Below are positions 1 to 9,536 of a DNA stretch of 32,000 nucleotides, one piece after another. The notes under the pieces were generated by a model. The model was not told the DNA's origin, ran no database searches, and was given only the letters and a program-made list of their open reading frames with translations. Positions within the stretch are counted from its first letter, which is position 1. Each line of letters opens with the position of its first letter. The position numbers and the translations under genes were made by a program. This stretch comes from an uncultured bacterium (GTDB lineage Bacteria; Margulisbacteria; WOR-1; CAVSGV01). The DNA is taken from assembly GCA_963699255.1 (NCBI GenBank), contig OY969425.1, positions 540,001 through 572,000 on the forward strand, given 5' to 3'.

Positions 1-445
1 TGGCTTCAGCGCCGACAGTGTGCGGATCAAAAGTGATCAGCGACCGCAGTTTCCCTCCGGCCGCCTGATAAAGTTCCTGTAAAGCCAGGACAGCGGTTAT
101 AGGTACACGGGGTTCGTCTTTTCTATCCTGCCTCAAGTACGGCATCGCTAACATCAGCAGATCTATGTCCCCGCAGGAAGCCAGGGACAATGTTTGAAGA
201 AGAATTTTGGTCTCCATAAGATCATCATTGATGCGGCCGGTATTGGCAGTAGCCAGAACAAAAGCATGTTTATTCCTGACGCTTTCCAGGATCTTAGTAT
301 GGGTCTCTCCAACTTTGAAGTTTGTGACCTTTACAGGGGTCAACCGAAGCCCACTTAGACCAGCAACCTTATCTGCCAGAACCGGATGGGTGCTTCCGGT
401 CAAGAAACAGTGCCTTTTACATTCAGTTGCCGATATTGTTGTCAT
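1..445 (-). CDS. prs: ribose-phosphate pyrophosphokinase (PRPP synthetase), N-terminal part; the gene runs off the left edge of the window
   Basis: This gene is not in the ORF track because it has no stop inside the window. Reverse translation by hand from the ATG at 445-443 gives MTTISATECKRHCFLTGSTHPVLADKVAGLSGLRLTPVKVTNFKVGETHTKILESVRNKHAFVLATANTGRINDDLMETKILLQTL..AMPYLRQDRKDEPRVPITA..ITFDPHT. This is colinear with Prs-family landmarks (NDxLME, PYxxxxRQDR, VPITA, DxH). The plus-strand ORF at 207-449 is its antisense shadow. Confidence 0.8.
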   Translation of the reverse strand, partial: MTTISATECKRHCFLTGSTHPVLADKVAGLSGLRLTPVKVTNFKVGETHTKILESVRNKHAFVLATANTGRINDDLMETKILLQTLSLASCGDIDLLMLAMPYLRQDRKDEPRVPITAVLALQELYQAAGGKLRSLITFDPHTVGAEA

Positions 446-509
446 ATAAGATCACCTAAGCGCTTTATGCAAACACATTGAGCAGAATACAAAAAAGCAA
501 AACCTGATA

Positions 510-1049
510 TTATTTTATGTCCTCAACTAAACGGAACGCATAGCCGTAAATACCGTTGGAACGGCTGTCAGGTAGATCCAAATAATGATCAAAGTGCACT
601 CCATCCTGAGAAAAAAGAAGATCATTCGCATACATTGATCTTGAAGTCTCGGTCCATTCCCGATGTCCGTGACTTCCTGTGAATTGGTACGCCTTCGCCA
701 GCTCATCTACGGTCGCGATCCTGAATTTTCTGCCGGTTTTTCCGTTGAGCCACCTAGCGAATGCCCTGGCATCATTCAAACTGAACGGCGTTGTAACTCT
801 GGCACACATCGGATTGTTAAGCGCTGACAAAAGCAGATCCGCCTTGTTCCCTGTGATCTCATATCTTGATCTCAGGTTCTGGCTCTGTAAGAACTGCTTG
901 AACAGGCCGACAGACACGGTATTATGCATTATTTTATATTTCTCACCCGTGACAGTTACAAGATTCAATTGTTCCGACACTATTTTCTTCGACAACACCC
1001 ATGTTCGGCCAACGGGAGCATAACCAACACGCATTTTCATATCAACCAT
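510..1049 (-). CDS. small FGE-sulfatase / SUMF1-like domain protein (function unknown)
   Basis: The 179-aa ORF has a strong RBS (AAGGAGG 8 nt upstream of the ATG). The segment SLNDARAFARWLNGKTGRKFRIATVDELAKAY and the C-terminal YGYAFRLV resemble the core of the formylglycine-generating-enzyme fold (W..A.aF..WL....g..yRLPTE.EWE ... GFRlv). It is much shorter than typical family members. Confidence 0.45.
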   Translation of the reverse strand: MVDMKMRVGYAPVGRTWVLSKKIVSEQLNLVTVTGEKYKIMHNTVSVGLFKQFLQSQNLRSRYEITGNKADLLLSALNNPMCARVTTPFSLNDARAFARWLNGKTGRKFRIATVDELAKAYQFTGSHGHREWTETSRSMYANDLLFSQDGVHFDHYLDLPDSRSNGIYGYAFRLVEDIK

Positions 1050-1171
1050 ATTAATTTCCTCCTTATAATTTATATAACATTTACCATTATGTATCGGCAG
1101 TATTGCCCGAAAATTTCAGTTTATATGATAGATTTTTAGGGAATTTAATGAGGGGAAATTCAGCGCGTTTG

Positions 1172-2386
1172 CTATTTATGTTTATGGTGTTCCTGGCGGA
1201 CGTAGCCCCAGTCCGCCGCGACCCTTTCGAAATTCTCTATATAATCGGGGTCTTTCGCTTTCTCAGGAGTGACTATTTCGACAAACTTATAATTGATGGA
1301 ATATCCCATTTCATTGAAACCGCGCAACACTTTCAAGTACTCTTCGTTCTCGGACATCTCCACCGTGAAGGATTTAAAGAAGTAACCGGTTATTACAAAA
1401 CCTTCCTTATCAAGCCCCATTATCAACGCCATGTATTTCTGATCATGGGCTTGTTCAATGCTGAGGCAATAAACCAGACTTCCGTCCACATCTATGTGCG
1501 CCTTGTGCAAGGTCACCAATGTGTCAAGAAACCCAGGATCGGAAGCTTTTTCGATCGACAGGGCATCAGCAATGTCGCCGCTTACCAGTATCTTGGCCTT
1601 TTTCAGGTCTTTCAGCGCGCTGATGAATTGCATGTTGTCAGCCTTCTCTTTGGAGAGGAGTCGTACGAATAAGCCGTCGATATGGATATGGGAGCCATGC
1701 AGATCTTTTAACGCTGAAATATACTGTGGATCCAAAGCCTTATCGATATCAAGCGCGGCCACAAGTCGGCCGCCCACATCGATATGCCCCTTATGCAGCG
1801 ATTGCAAGGCATCAATGTACTGCACGTTGGTAGCTTTTTCCGTCGAAAGAGCGTTCACAAGTTCCCCATTGACCGTGATCTTTGCTTTTCTGAGGTTTAT
1901 CAAAGCTTCAACATATCCCGGATGTTCCAGTTTTGCAGGGTCAAGCGCTTTTATCAATCCCGAGTCTATCTTTATGCCGGCCCTGCGGAGGTAGCGCAGG
2001 AGCTTGATATAGCGGTCGTCCGATGCTTTTCCCAGAGTGATCGCTTTTGTCATATTTTTATCGATCTTGACTCTCACATCGGCCAGTTCATATATGGCCA
2101 TGCATATTTCCAGATAATCGTCTAACTTGTCCAGTTCTTGCTCATCAAAAACCTTGTTCTTTCCCGCGATCTTTTCTAATTCGCGAGGATCGACTTTTTT
2201 GATCCCAATATGCCTTAACCGGCTTCGCAGTTCCTCTGCCGTTGTTTTCTCGGGAACGACGGTGACGCTTATCTTCCGGAGCTCGGTCTTGTCCTTTTTA
2301 TTCTCTTTCGGCAGCTTTATTGCCGATGTTTGCTTGCCTGCGGAGATCATCACATTGCCGGTACTTAATTTATCGATCTGATCCAT
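1172..2386 (-). CDS. hypothetical protein with about nine tandem 32-33-aa repeats
   Basis: The 404-aa ORF has the RBS AGGGGG upstream of its ATG. From about residue 115 onward the sequence repeats with the pattern KA.D..YI.AL..L.KA.I.V.G.LV.ALS.E (for example KATNVQYIDALQSLHKGHIDVGGRLVAALDID, KALDPQYISALKDLHGSHIHIDGLFVRLLSKE, KADNMQFISALKDLKKAKILVSGDIADALSIE). I did not recognise a family. Confidence 0.7.
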   Translation of the reverse strand: MDQIDKLSTGNVMISAGKQTSAIKLPKENKKDKTELRKISVTVVPEKTTAEELRSRLRHIGIKKVDPRELEKIAGKNKVFDEQELDKLDDYLEICMAIYELADVRVKIDKNMTKAITLGKASDDRYIKLLRYLRRAGIKIDSGLIKALDPAKLEHPGYVEALINLRKAKITVNGELVNALSTEKATNVQYIDALQSLHKGHIDVGGRLVAALDIDKALDPQYISALKDLHGSHIHIDGLFVRLLSKEKADNMQFISALKDLKKAKILVSGDIADALSIEKASDPGFLDTLVTLHKAHIDVDGSLVYCLSIEQAHDQKYMALIMGLDKEGFVITGYFFKSFTVEMSENEEYLKVLRGFNEMGYSINYKFVEIVTPEKAKDPDYIENFERVAADWGYVRQEHHKHK

Positions 2387-2486
2387 AAAAACCCCCTATT
2401 ATGTATATCGATAAATTGTGGCTGAAATTTCTTAAAATGATGAGGAAAAAACGCTGGTTTTTGACCTGTTTTTTAAGGCTTATTTA

Positions 2487-2559
2487 TGGAGCCGAGCGGG
2501 ATCGAACCGCTGACCTCCTCGTTGCGAACGAGGCGTTCTCCCAGCTGAACTACGGCCCC
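2487..2559 (-). tRNA. tRNA-Ala (anticodon CGC)
   Basis: The reverse complement GGGGCCGTAGTTCAGCTGGGAGAACGCCTCGTTCGCAACGAGGAGGTCAGCGGTTCGATCCCGCTCGGCTCCA folds as a 73-nt cloverleaf. It has a 7-bp acceptor stem with the G3:U70 alanine identity pair, the anticodon loop TTCGCAA, and the T-loop TTCGATC. CCA is not encoded. Confidence 0.95.
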
Positions 2560-2630
2560 ACAACCCGCTTCGCGGGGAAATCCCAATGACCAAATCACAA
2601 ATCCTCCCGCTGAGCGGGATCCCGCAACAC

Positions 2631-2661
2631 ATTATATCCTAATAATAAGGATGCGGGACAA
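2631..2661 (-). promoter_or_regulatory. candidate sigma70-type promoter for tRNA-Ala
   Basis: On the minus strand there is a perfect TATAAT (2636-2631) and a TTGTCC -35-like hexamer (2661-2656). The 19-nt spacer is suboptimal. The site lies about 70 nt upstream of the tRNA 5' end. Confidence 0.3.
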
Positions 2662-2683
2662 ACAAATCCCAAAATCCAAATCT

Positions 2684-2723
2684 CAAAATTCAAAAGGGAA
2701 CCGCGACTTTAGTCGCAGGTTCC
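2684..2723 (-). terminator. intrinsic terminator downstream of pgk
   Basis: The minus strand reads GGAACCTGCGAC-TAAA-GTCGCGGTTCC, an 11-bp stem with one bulge. It is followed by CTTTTGAATTTTGAG and starts 21 nt after the pgk stop. Confidence 0.65.
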
Positions 2724-2743
2724 TGGACATCCAATTCCCAAGC

Positions 2744-3934
2744 TTACGCTTCCTGCAGAACCGCTATACCAGGGAGTTCCTTGCCTTCTAAAAATTCGAG
2801 AGATGCGCCGCCTCCGGTTGAAATATGCGTAATCTTGTCCGCGACTCCCGCAGCCTCAACTGCGGCAGCAGAATCCCCGCCGCCGATTATCGTTACGGCT
2901 TTGGAATCCGCCATCGCTTTTGCTATTTCGTTCGTCCCCTTCGCGAATTTCGGTATCTCAAAGACTCCCACAGGACCGTTCCACACAACGGTACCGGCCT
3001 TCTTTATCTCATCCTTTATGATCTTTATCGTCTCGGGGCCGGCGTCAACGCCCATCATATCCGGGGGTATCTGATCGACTTTCACCACTTTTGTGACCGC
3101 CTTATCGGACATCTCGCTGGCAACAACAACATCTTTCGCGAAAATGACCTTGGCCTTGCCGGCTTCCGCCTGCGCCATGAAGATATTTGCCTGGTCGATC
3201 GATTTGTCTTCAACGAGCGACTTGCCGATCTCAAGCCCCTTGGCTTTCAGGAACGTATAGACCATTCCGCCGCCGATTATCAGCGTATCCACCTTATTCA
3301 AAAGGTTCTTCAGTACCGCTATCTTTGTCGATATTTTTGCCCCGCCGATGATGGCAACGAACGGCCTCTTCGGGTCGGTAAGCGCTTTGCCCATGATATC
3401 AAGCTCTTTCTGGATCAGAAATCCCGCGTAAGCCGGCAGGAACTGCGCGACCCCTGCTGTGGACGCATGCGCCCTGTGGGCGGTGCCGAACGCGTCATTC
3501 ACGTATATATCCGCAAGCTCGGCCAGCTTTCTGGCGAACTGTTCGTCATTGGCTTCTTCTTCCTTGTAAAACCTGATGTTTTCAAGCAGGACCACATCGC
3601 CGTTATTCATTTTAGATATCGCCTGCTCGACTTCCTCCCCCACCGAATCGTCAAGCTTCAAAACTTTCTTCTTTAGCAGTTCCTCGAGTCTCTTTGCGAT
3701 GGGGTTCAAACGAAGGTCTTCCGTTACGCCTGAAGGTCTGCCGAGATGGGAAACAAGTATCACCTTTGCGCCCTTATCCGACAGATACTTTATCGTTGGA
3801 AGGGATGCTTTGATCCTGGTGTCGTCCGTTATCTTCTTTTCCTTGTCCATCGGGACATTAAAATCAACACGGACAAGGACTCTCTGCCCCTTTAGGTCTT
3901 TTTCGCCAAGGTCAGCAATGGATTTTTTTGCCAT
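2744..3934 (-). CDS. pgk: phosphoglycerate kinase
   Basis: The 396-aa ORF has the RBS AGGAG. The N-terminus ([19 protein letters not shown]), the central [10 protein letters not shown] motif and the C-terminal [18 protein letters not shown] motif are canonical for Pgk. Confidence 0.97.
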   Translation of the reverse strand: MAKKSIADLGEKDLKGQRVLVRVDFNVPMDKEKKITDDTRIKASLPTIKYLSDKGAKVILVSHLGRPSGVTEDLRLNPIAKRLEELLKKKVLKLDDSVGEEVEQAISKMNNGDVVLLENIRFYKEEEANDEQFARKLAELADIYVNDAFGTAHRAHASTAGVAQFLPAYAGFLIQKELDIMGKALTDPKRPFVAIIGGAKISTKIAVLKNLLNKVDTLIIGGGMVYTFLKAKGLEIGKSLVEDKSIDQANIFMAQAEAGKAKVIFAKDVVVASEMSDKAVTKVVKVDQIPPDMMGVDAGPETIKIIKDEIKKAGTVVWNGPVGVFEIPKFAKGTNEIAKAMADSKAVTIIGGGDSAAAVEAAGVADKITHISTGGGASLEFLEGKELPGIAVLQEA

Positions 3935-3952
3935 GGAAATTCTCCTAAATCC

Positions 3953-3997
3953 CCGAGACTAAAGTCTCGGTTAATTTATCCGCGACTTTGGTCGCGG
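3953..3997 (-). other. two intercistronic hairpins between gap and pgk
   Basis: The hairpins are CCGAGAC-TAAA-GTCTCGG (3953-3970) and CCGCGAC-TTTG-GTCGCGG (3980-3997), each with a 7-bp stem and a 4-nt loop. Neither is followed by a clear U-tract on the minus strand, so they may act in RNA stability or processing rather than as full terminators. Confidence 0.35.
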
Positions 3998-4024
3998 GTT
4001 TCCGGAAAACCAAACAGTTACCTA

Positions 4025-5089
<1,065 letters not shown>

Positions 5090-5186
5090 TCAATCCCTTC
5101 CTTTTCTATTAATATTTCGACCCAAAAAAACGGAAAATCAGTATATCATCCACGATATTGCGTGTCAATTCTGATATAATTTCCCC

Positions 5187-6314
5187 ATGTTCAGAAAAAT
5201 GATCCTGCCCGCCATAGCGGTAATAATAATAGCTCTGGTCGTTTATGTAATAAAAGTCAGCGATAAAATAGACCTGCTTCAGTCCCTTATTCCCGAGAAG
5301 ATAGCCGTTTTAAAGAACGTGCACATGGCCGGCAAGGAAGGGGCGAATTACTGGGAGGTCTTCGCCAGGGAGGGTTGGACAGGCAGGGACAGGAACACGA
5401 CAACCCTTGAATTCATAACGGATGCTGAGATCGACAAGAACGGCAGGCCTCTCATAAAGGACGTGAAAGCCAGAAGATTGAAGCTTTCTAAAAACAATGA
5501 GATCGAGGTCCTTAAGCAGGCTGATGAGGAAAAAGGCGGCGATAGATATCTGAGCCTTTTGATAAACTTCAACGCTATCTCGAACAAAAAAAAGAAAATA
5601 AAATTCTCCACCCTGACGGCTGACAGCGTCAAGTTCAACCCTAACACCAAGAAAGCCGCGATAACTGGGAACATAAAGATATTAAAGGACAAGCTTTTGA
5701 TAAGGTCCGAAAAGATAGACCTGGACCTTGATAAGAACATCGCCACGTTCGAGGGCAGAAGCTCCTTTTCCAGGGCGGGTTCAAAGCTACAGGCGAATTC
5801 CGCCGTTGCCTTCTTTGATGAAGATAGGATATTCATGTCCGGAAGCATCGAAGTGATACAAAAGAACAAAACGGCCGCATCTGACACCGCGATATATAAT
5901 GACGGCTCAAAGACCATCGTTCTCTCCTCCAATGTCAAAGCTGAGATCGAGAAGCTTGGAAGCATGATGAAAGAAAAAAGCGCAAAAAAGGTAAAGGGGA
6001 AAGAAGCAAAGAATGCTTTACAGGAAAAGACCTTGATAATATGCGACAATCTTCAGCTCTCCACCGAAAAAGGCGATTGCAGGGCGTATGGAAATGTTCA
6101 TGTCCACCAAAAAGATAAAGAGGCGAGATCCGATGAAGCTGTTTATCAGGAAGGAAGCGAAAACATCGTCCTGACAGGCAACGTATACATGAAGAGAAAA
6201 GATGACTGGGTAAGGGCGAACAAGGTCATCGTCTCAGTGGATAAGGAAACTTTCGAGGCCATAGGAAGAGTTGAAACAGTATTCAAGGTGAAAAAGGGAT
6301 CAAGAAGAAACTGA
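5187..6314 (+). CDS. membrane-anchored OstA/LptA-like (LPS transport) domain protein
   Basis: The 375-aa ORF has an N-terminal TM helix (ILPAIAVIIIALVVYVI). It contains repeated OstA-type strands such as ASDTAIYNDGSKTIVLSSNV and ARSDEAVYQEGSENIVLTGNVYM (the A..a.Y......i.L.GnV pattern). It is the only convincing plus-strand gene in the window. Confidence 0.55.
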   Translation: MFRKMILPAIAVIIIALVVYVIKVSDKIDLLQSLIPEKIAVLKNVHMAGKEGANYWEVFAREGWTGRDRNTTTLEFITDAEIDKNGRPLIKDVKARRLKLSKNNEIEVLKQADEEKGGDRYLSLLINFNAISNKKKKIKFSTLTADSVKFNPNTKKAAITGNIKILKDKLLIRSEKIDLDLDKNIATFEGRSSFSRAGSKLQANSAVAFFDEDRIFMSGSIEVIQKNKTAASDTAIYNDGSKTIVLSSNVKAEIEKLGSMMKEKSAKKVKGKEAKNALQEKTLIICDNLQLSTEKGDCRAYGNVHVHQKDKEARSDEAVYQEGSENIVLTGNVYMKRKDDWVRANKVIVSVDKETFEAIGRVETVFKVKKGSRRN

Positions 6315-6318
6315 GAGC

Positions 6319-6337
6319 CTGAGGCTAAACGCCTCAG
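6319..6337. terminator. hairpin between convergent genes (possible bidirectional terminator)
   Basis: CTGAGGC-TAAAC-GCCTCAG has a 7-bp stem and lies between the stop of the LptA-like gene (6314) and the stop of the DUF3006 gene (6360). The flanking U-tracts are weak. Confidence 0.4.
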
Positions 6338-6359
6338 CCCCAGCCTCACCCTCATTTAC

Positions 6360-6587
6360 TTAGCTCCCACGGCTCAACTTTTTGATCAAATTCCCAACTC
6401 TTTCTTTTTCCTCTTTCGTCTTCCTGTCCTTCAATTCAAGTTTTATGGCGATCATATCGCCTTCTCTGCAACCTGCGGGAAGAAGATCTTTTGATATTTC
6501 TACCGTATAGCCATCTTCCCCGACAAGGATAACGGCTGTATCTCCCTCTACCCTATCAAGCGTTCCATAAAACTTTCTATTTTTCAT
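6360..6587 (-). CDS. DUF3006-like small protein
   Basis: The 75-aa ORF reads LDRVEGDTAVILVGEDGYTVEISKDLLPAGCREGDMIAI, which matches the DUF3006 pattern (iDRiEgd.AVl....g....v....LP....EGD). Confidence 0.6.
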   Translation of the reverse strand: MKNRKFYGTLDRVEGDTAVILVGEDGYTVEISKDLLPAGCREGDMIAIKLELKDRKTKEEKERVGNLIKKLSRGS

Positions 6588-6717
6588 TTGAAAAGCCTTT
6601 CAAAATAAATCCAAAATCCGAAATTCAAATGACAAATGAATATTTCAAATCCAAATAATTTAATAGTTATTGATTTGTTAATCGATTCATTTGGATTTTG
6701 GTTTTTGACATTTGGAT

Positions 6718-7959
6718 TTAAAACAGCAGCTTATGCCTTCGCATCGCTATGCTCTGAAGGATGCCGATCGCGCACATGTTCATCACCAGAGCGGTCCCCC
6801 CGTAACTTATAAAAGGGAGCGGCACCCCAACGATAGGCATAAGACCCAGAGCCATTCCCATGTTCACAAGCACCTGAAAACCAAGCATAACGGCGATCCC
6901 GGCAGCAAGCATGCTTCCGAAGAAATCCCTTGATTCGACCGCCAGGGTAATGGCCCTGTATATCACTATCGTAAAGAGGGCGAGGACAAGTACGGAACCC
7001 AGGAACCCGAATTCTTCGCCTAAAGCGGAAAATATAAAATCAGTGAACTGCTGCGGTATGAACGCCAGCTGGGTCTGGGTCCCGTGCATATATCCTTTTC
7101 CAAAAAATCCGCCGCTTCCGATCGCGATCTTCACCTGGATGCTGTGGTACCCTATACCAAGAGGATCGCTGCTTGGATTCAGGAACACAAGAAGCCTTGC
7201 CTTTTGATAATCTTTCAGCATTCCCCAGACCTTTGCCACGGCATACCCCGTCCCTATATTCCCCAAAAGGATAATGGCGTAGTCAAGCAATCTGATCCTG
7301 ATCTGCCACATAAATATAGCAAGGGCGGCAAGATACGCCACCCACACATAGGTGTTCGATTTAAGAAAAATACTGAGCAGGGGCGTTACCATGAACATCA
7401 GCAGCGTTGCCGATGTCTCCGCCCAGATAAGCATGCCGGTGAAAATAGCGAAAAGTATTATCGAGGTCCCTAGATCGGGCTGTTTAAATATCAGTATGCA
7501 TGGTATCGCGACGATAATGAGCGGAGGGATGAGGCTCATGATGCTTTTTATTTCCCCGCGCCGCTCGCCAAGGAACGAGGCCAGAGCGATCAATAATATA
7601 AGCTTTGATATCTCCGAAGGTTGAAAAGATACAGGTCCTAAAGCGGTCCATCTTTGCGCGCCAAGCATGGTGAACCCCTTGAACAGCACCATTAACAGGA
7701 ATGCGATCGCAAGGCCGTACAGGAACCATGAAGCGCCCTTCAGGTGAGAGTAATCCAGATAAGTAAAGATCGAAAGACCCAGTAATCCGATCGCAAATGC
7801 AAAGAGCTGCTTCCTTGCGTAATAGAACGGGTCGTCCCCCTCCCGGGACCGCTGAGAGAAAGTGCAGCTTAGTATCATCATGAGACTGATCAATATTAAA
7901 AGCCCGACGCTGATCCATATGAGCATGTCGGAGTGCCGTAACATCCTGAAGTTTATCAT
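6718..7959 (-). CDS. rodA: SEDS-family peptidoglycan glycosyltransferase RodA
   Basis: The 413-aa polytopic membrane protein contains FQPSEISKL and IAIGSGGFFGKGYMHGTQTQLAFIPQQFTDFIFSALGEEFGFLG. The latter closely parallels the E. coli RodA segment AIGSGG..GKG...GTQSQLEFLPERHTDFIF. Confidence 0.85.
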   Translation of the reverse strand: MINFRMLRHSDMLIWISVGLLILISLMMILSCTFSQRSREGDDPFYYARKQLFAFAIGLLGLSIFTYLDYSHLKGASWFLYGLAIAFLLMVLFKGFTMLGAQRWTALGPVSFQPSEISKLILLIALASFLGERRGEIKSIMSLIPPLIIVAIPCILIFKQPDLGTSIILFAIFTGMLIWAETSATLLMFMVTPLLSIFLKSNTYVWVAYLAALAIFMWQIRIRLLDYAIILLGNIGTGYAVAKVWGMLKDYQKARLLVFLNPSSDPLGIGYHSIQVKIAIGSGGFFGKGYMHGTQTQLAFIPQQFTDFIFSALGEEFGFLGSVLVLALFTIVIYRAITLAVESRDFFGSMLAAGIAVMLGFQVLVNMGMALGLMPIVGVPLPFISYGGTALVMNMCAIGILQSIAMRRHKLLF

Positions 7960-7963
7960 CTGA

Positions 7964-9442
7964 TCATCCCTGCGACAGTTCTAATGCTTTCAGCAACGCG
8001 CCGGCCTTGTTCAGGGTCTCCTCGTATTCTTTCGCGGGAACAGAGTCGGCAACAATGCCCCCCCCGGCCTGTACATAAGCGCTGTCGCCTTTCATTAAGA
8101 TGGTCCTTATCGTGATGCAGGTATCAAGGTTCCCGTAAAAATCAAAATAACCCACCGCGCCGGCATACGGGCCCCTTCGCAGGTTCTCAAGCTCGTCGAT
8201 TATCTCCATTGCACGCACCTTTGGAGCGCCTGAAACCGTTCCTGCCGGAAAAGCGGCCCTGATAAGATCAAACCCGTCCTTCCCGGGCTTAAGCTCACCC
8301 GTAATGTCAGATACTATATGCATCACATGCGAATATTTTTCCACGGACATGAGCTCATTTATTTTCACGCTGTTGAACCTGCACACTCTTCCCAGATCGT
8401 TCCTGCCAAGATCAACAAGCATAATGTGTTCGGCTCTCTCTTTTTCATCCGCAAGAAGCTCTTTTTCAAGAGAAGCATCTTCTGCTTCGTTCACGCCTCT
8501 TCTCCTTGTTCCCGCTATCGGGCGGACATTTGCGATATTATTCTCAAGCCTTACCATCGTTTCCGGCGATGAACCGATAAGTTTCATGTCCTTGAACTTC
8601 AAATAATACATGTACGGAGAGGGGTTCAGCGTCCGCAGGATCCTGTATATATTAAAAGGATCCCCGGAAACCTTTGTTTGGAACCTTTGCGAAGGAACGA
8701 CCTGGATTATATCGCCGGCCTTCACGTATTCTTTCGCTCTTTGCACGATCGCCTCATACTCCGTTTTGCTGAAATTCGACTTCAGCTTCGATCTTTTCCC
8801 CTTGCCGATCTCGATCTCAGCGCTTTTTACCGGCTTTTCAAGCCTGGAAACCAGGGCATCTATCTTTTTAACGGCGGACTCATACGCCCTGCCGGGATCC
8901 CCTTCTGCCAGGACATTAGAGACAACGCTTATCTTATGGTTCACATGATCAAAAGCAAGGATAGTATCCGTTAAGAGGAATTGCATGTCCGGGAGCTTCA
9001 GATCATCGGGGTTTTTATCCGGAAGTTTCTCTATGTGGCGAACAATGTCATAACTGAAATATCCGACCAGCCCGCCGTGGAACCTGGGAAGGCCTTTTAT
9101 TTTGACCGGCCTGTACTTTGACAGCACTTTCTTGAGTTCCGCGATCGGGTCGCCTTCGATCCTGGTCACACTTCCGCCTGATATGATCTCGATCCTGCTT
9201 CCCTTGCTTTTGACGATGAGTACAGGATCGCAGCCAAGGAACGAATATCTGCCGAGCTTCTCTCCTCCTTCAACACTTTCAAGAAGATAAGAATATTCAG
9301 CGGCTTGCTTGCCGTCAGGCGCGGCGATCTTTTTGAACGCCGAAACCGGCGTTTCCATGTCAGCGATTATCTCCCTGTAAACAGGGATAAGGTTCCCCTT
9401 TTTTGATAATCTTATGAACTCTTCTTTAGTTGGATAATACAT
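7964..9442 (-). CDS. trpE: anthranilate synthase component I
   Basis: This is a chorismate-binding enzyme. It has the N-terminal LLESVEGGEKLGRYSFLG motif (the Trp-feedback region) and the C-terminal GAVGYFDFYGNLDTCITIRT and GGGIVADS motifs. The track starts at the GTG at 9460. I prefer the ATG at 9442 (MYYPTKEEF), because 9459-9531 is a repeat element. Confidence 0.9.
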   Translation of the reverse strand: MYYPTKEEFIRLSKKGNLIPVYREIIADMETPVSAFKKIAAPDGKQAAEYSYLLESVEGGEKLGRYSFLGCDPVLIVKSKGSRIEIISGGSVTRIEGDPIAELKKVLSKYRPVKIKGLPRFHGGLVGYFSYDIVRHIEKLPDKNPDDLKLPDMQFLLTDTILAFDHVNHKISVVSNVLAEGDPGRAYESAVKKIDALVSRLEKPVKSAEIEIGKGKRSKLKSNFSKTEYEAIVQRAKEYVKAGDIIQVVPSQRFQTKVSGDPFNIYRILRTLNPSPYMYYLKFKDMKLIGSSPETMVRLENNIANVRPIAGTRRRGVNEAEDASLEKELLADEKERAEHIMLVDLGRNDLGRVCRFNSVKINELMSVEKYSHVMHIVSDITGELKPGKDGFDLIRAAFPAGTVSGAPKVRAMEIIDELENLRRGPYAGAVGYFDFYGNLDTCITIRTILMKGDSAYVQAGGGIVADSVPAKEYEETLNKAGALLKALELSQG

Positions 9443-9458
9443 ATTTTTGCCCTTACTC

Positions 9459-9531
9459 ACCCCTTCTGTCCCTCGCTTGAGCTCGGGACATCTCCCCCTT
9501 AGTAAGGGGGAGACACAGAGGGGGTTTTGTC
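9459..9531. repeat. structured intergenic repeat, copy A
   Basis: This copy has 73 nt and differs from copy B (13221-13293) at 6 positions. It contains the perfect palindrome TCTCCCCCTT-AGT-AAGGGGGAGA. A 10-bp outer stem (CCCCTTCTGT at 9460-9469 with ACAGAGGGGG at 9515-9524) encloses it. Confidence 0.65.
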
Positions 9532-9536
9532 ATATT

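Noticed and set aside
7964-9442. The solitary trpE, with no trpG/D/C/B/A nearby, might actually be a PabB or isochorismate synthase.
   Set aside because: The N-terminal LLESxxxGxxxGRYSF feedback motif and the overall colinearity favour TrpE. Scattered trp genes are common in streamlined or uncultivated genomes. The call could still be verified with a profile or tree, but I found it unremarkable.
9453-9491. The mini-ORF upstream of trpE as a classical trp attenuation leader peptide.
   Set aside because: The peptide MSRAQARDRRGE has no Trp codons. The same ORF sits upstream of a surface-protein gene (S7). I saw no alternative terminator/antiterminator pair. It is better explained as part of the repeat element.
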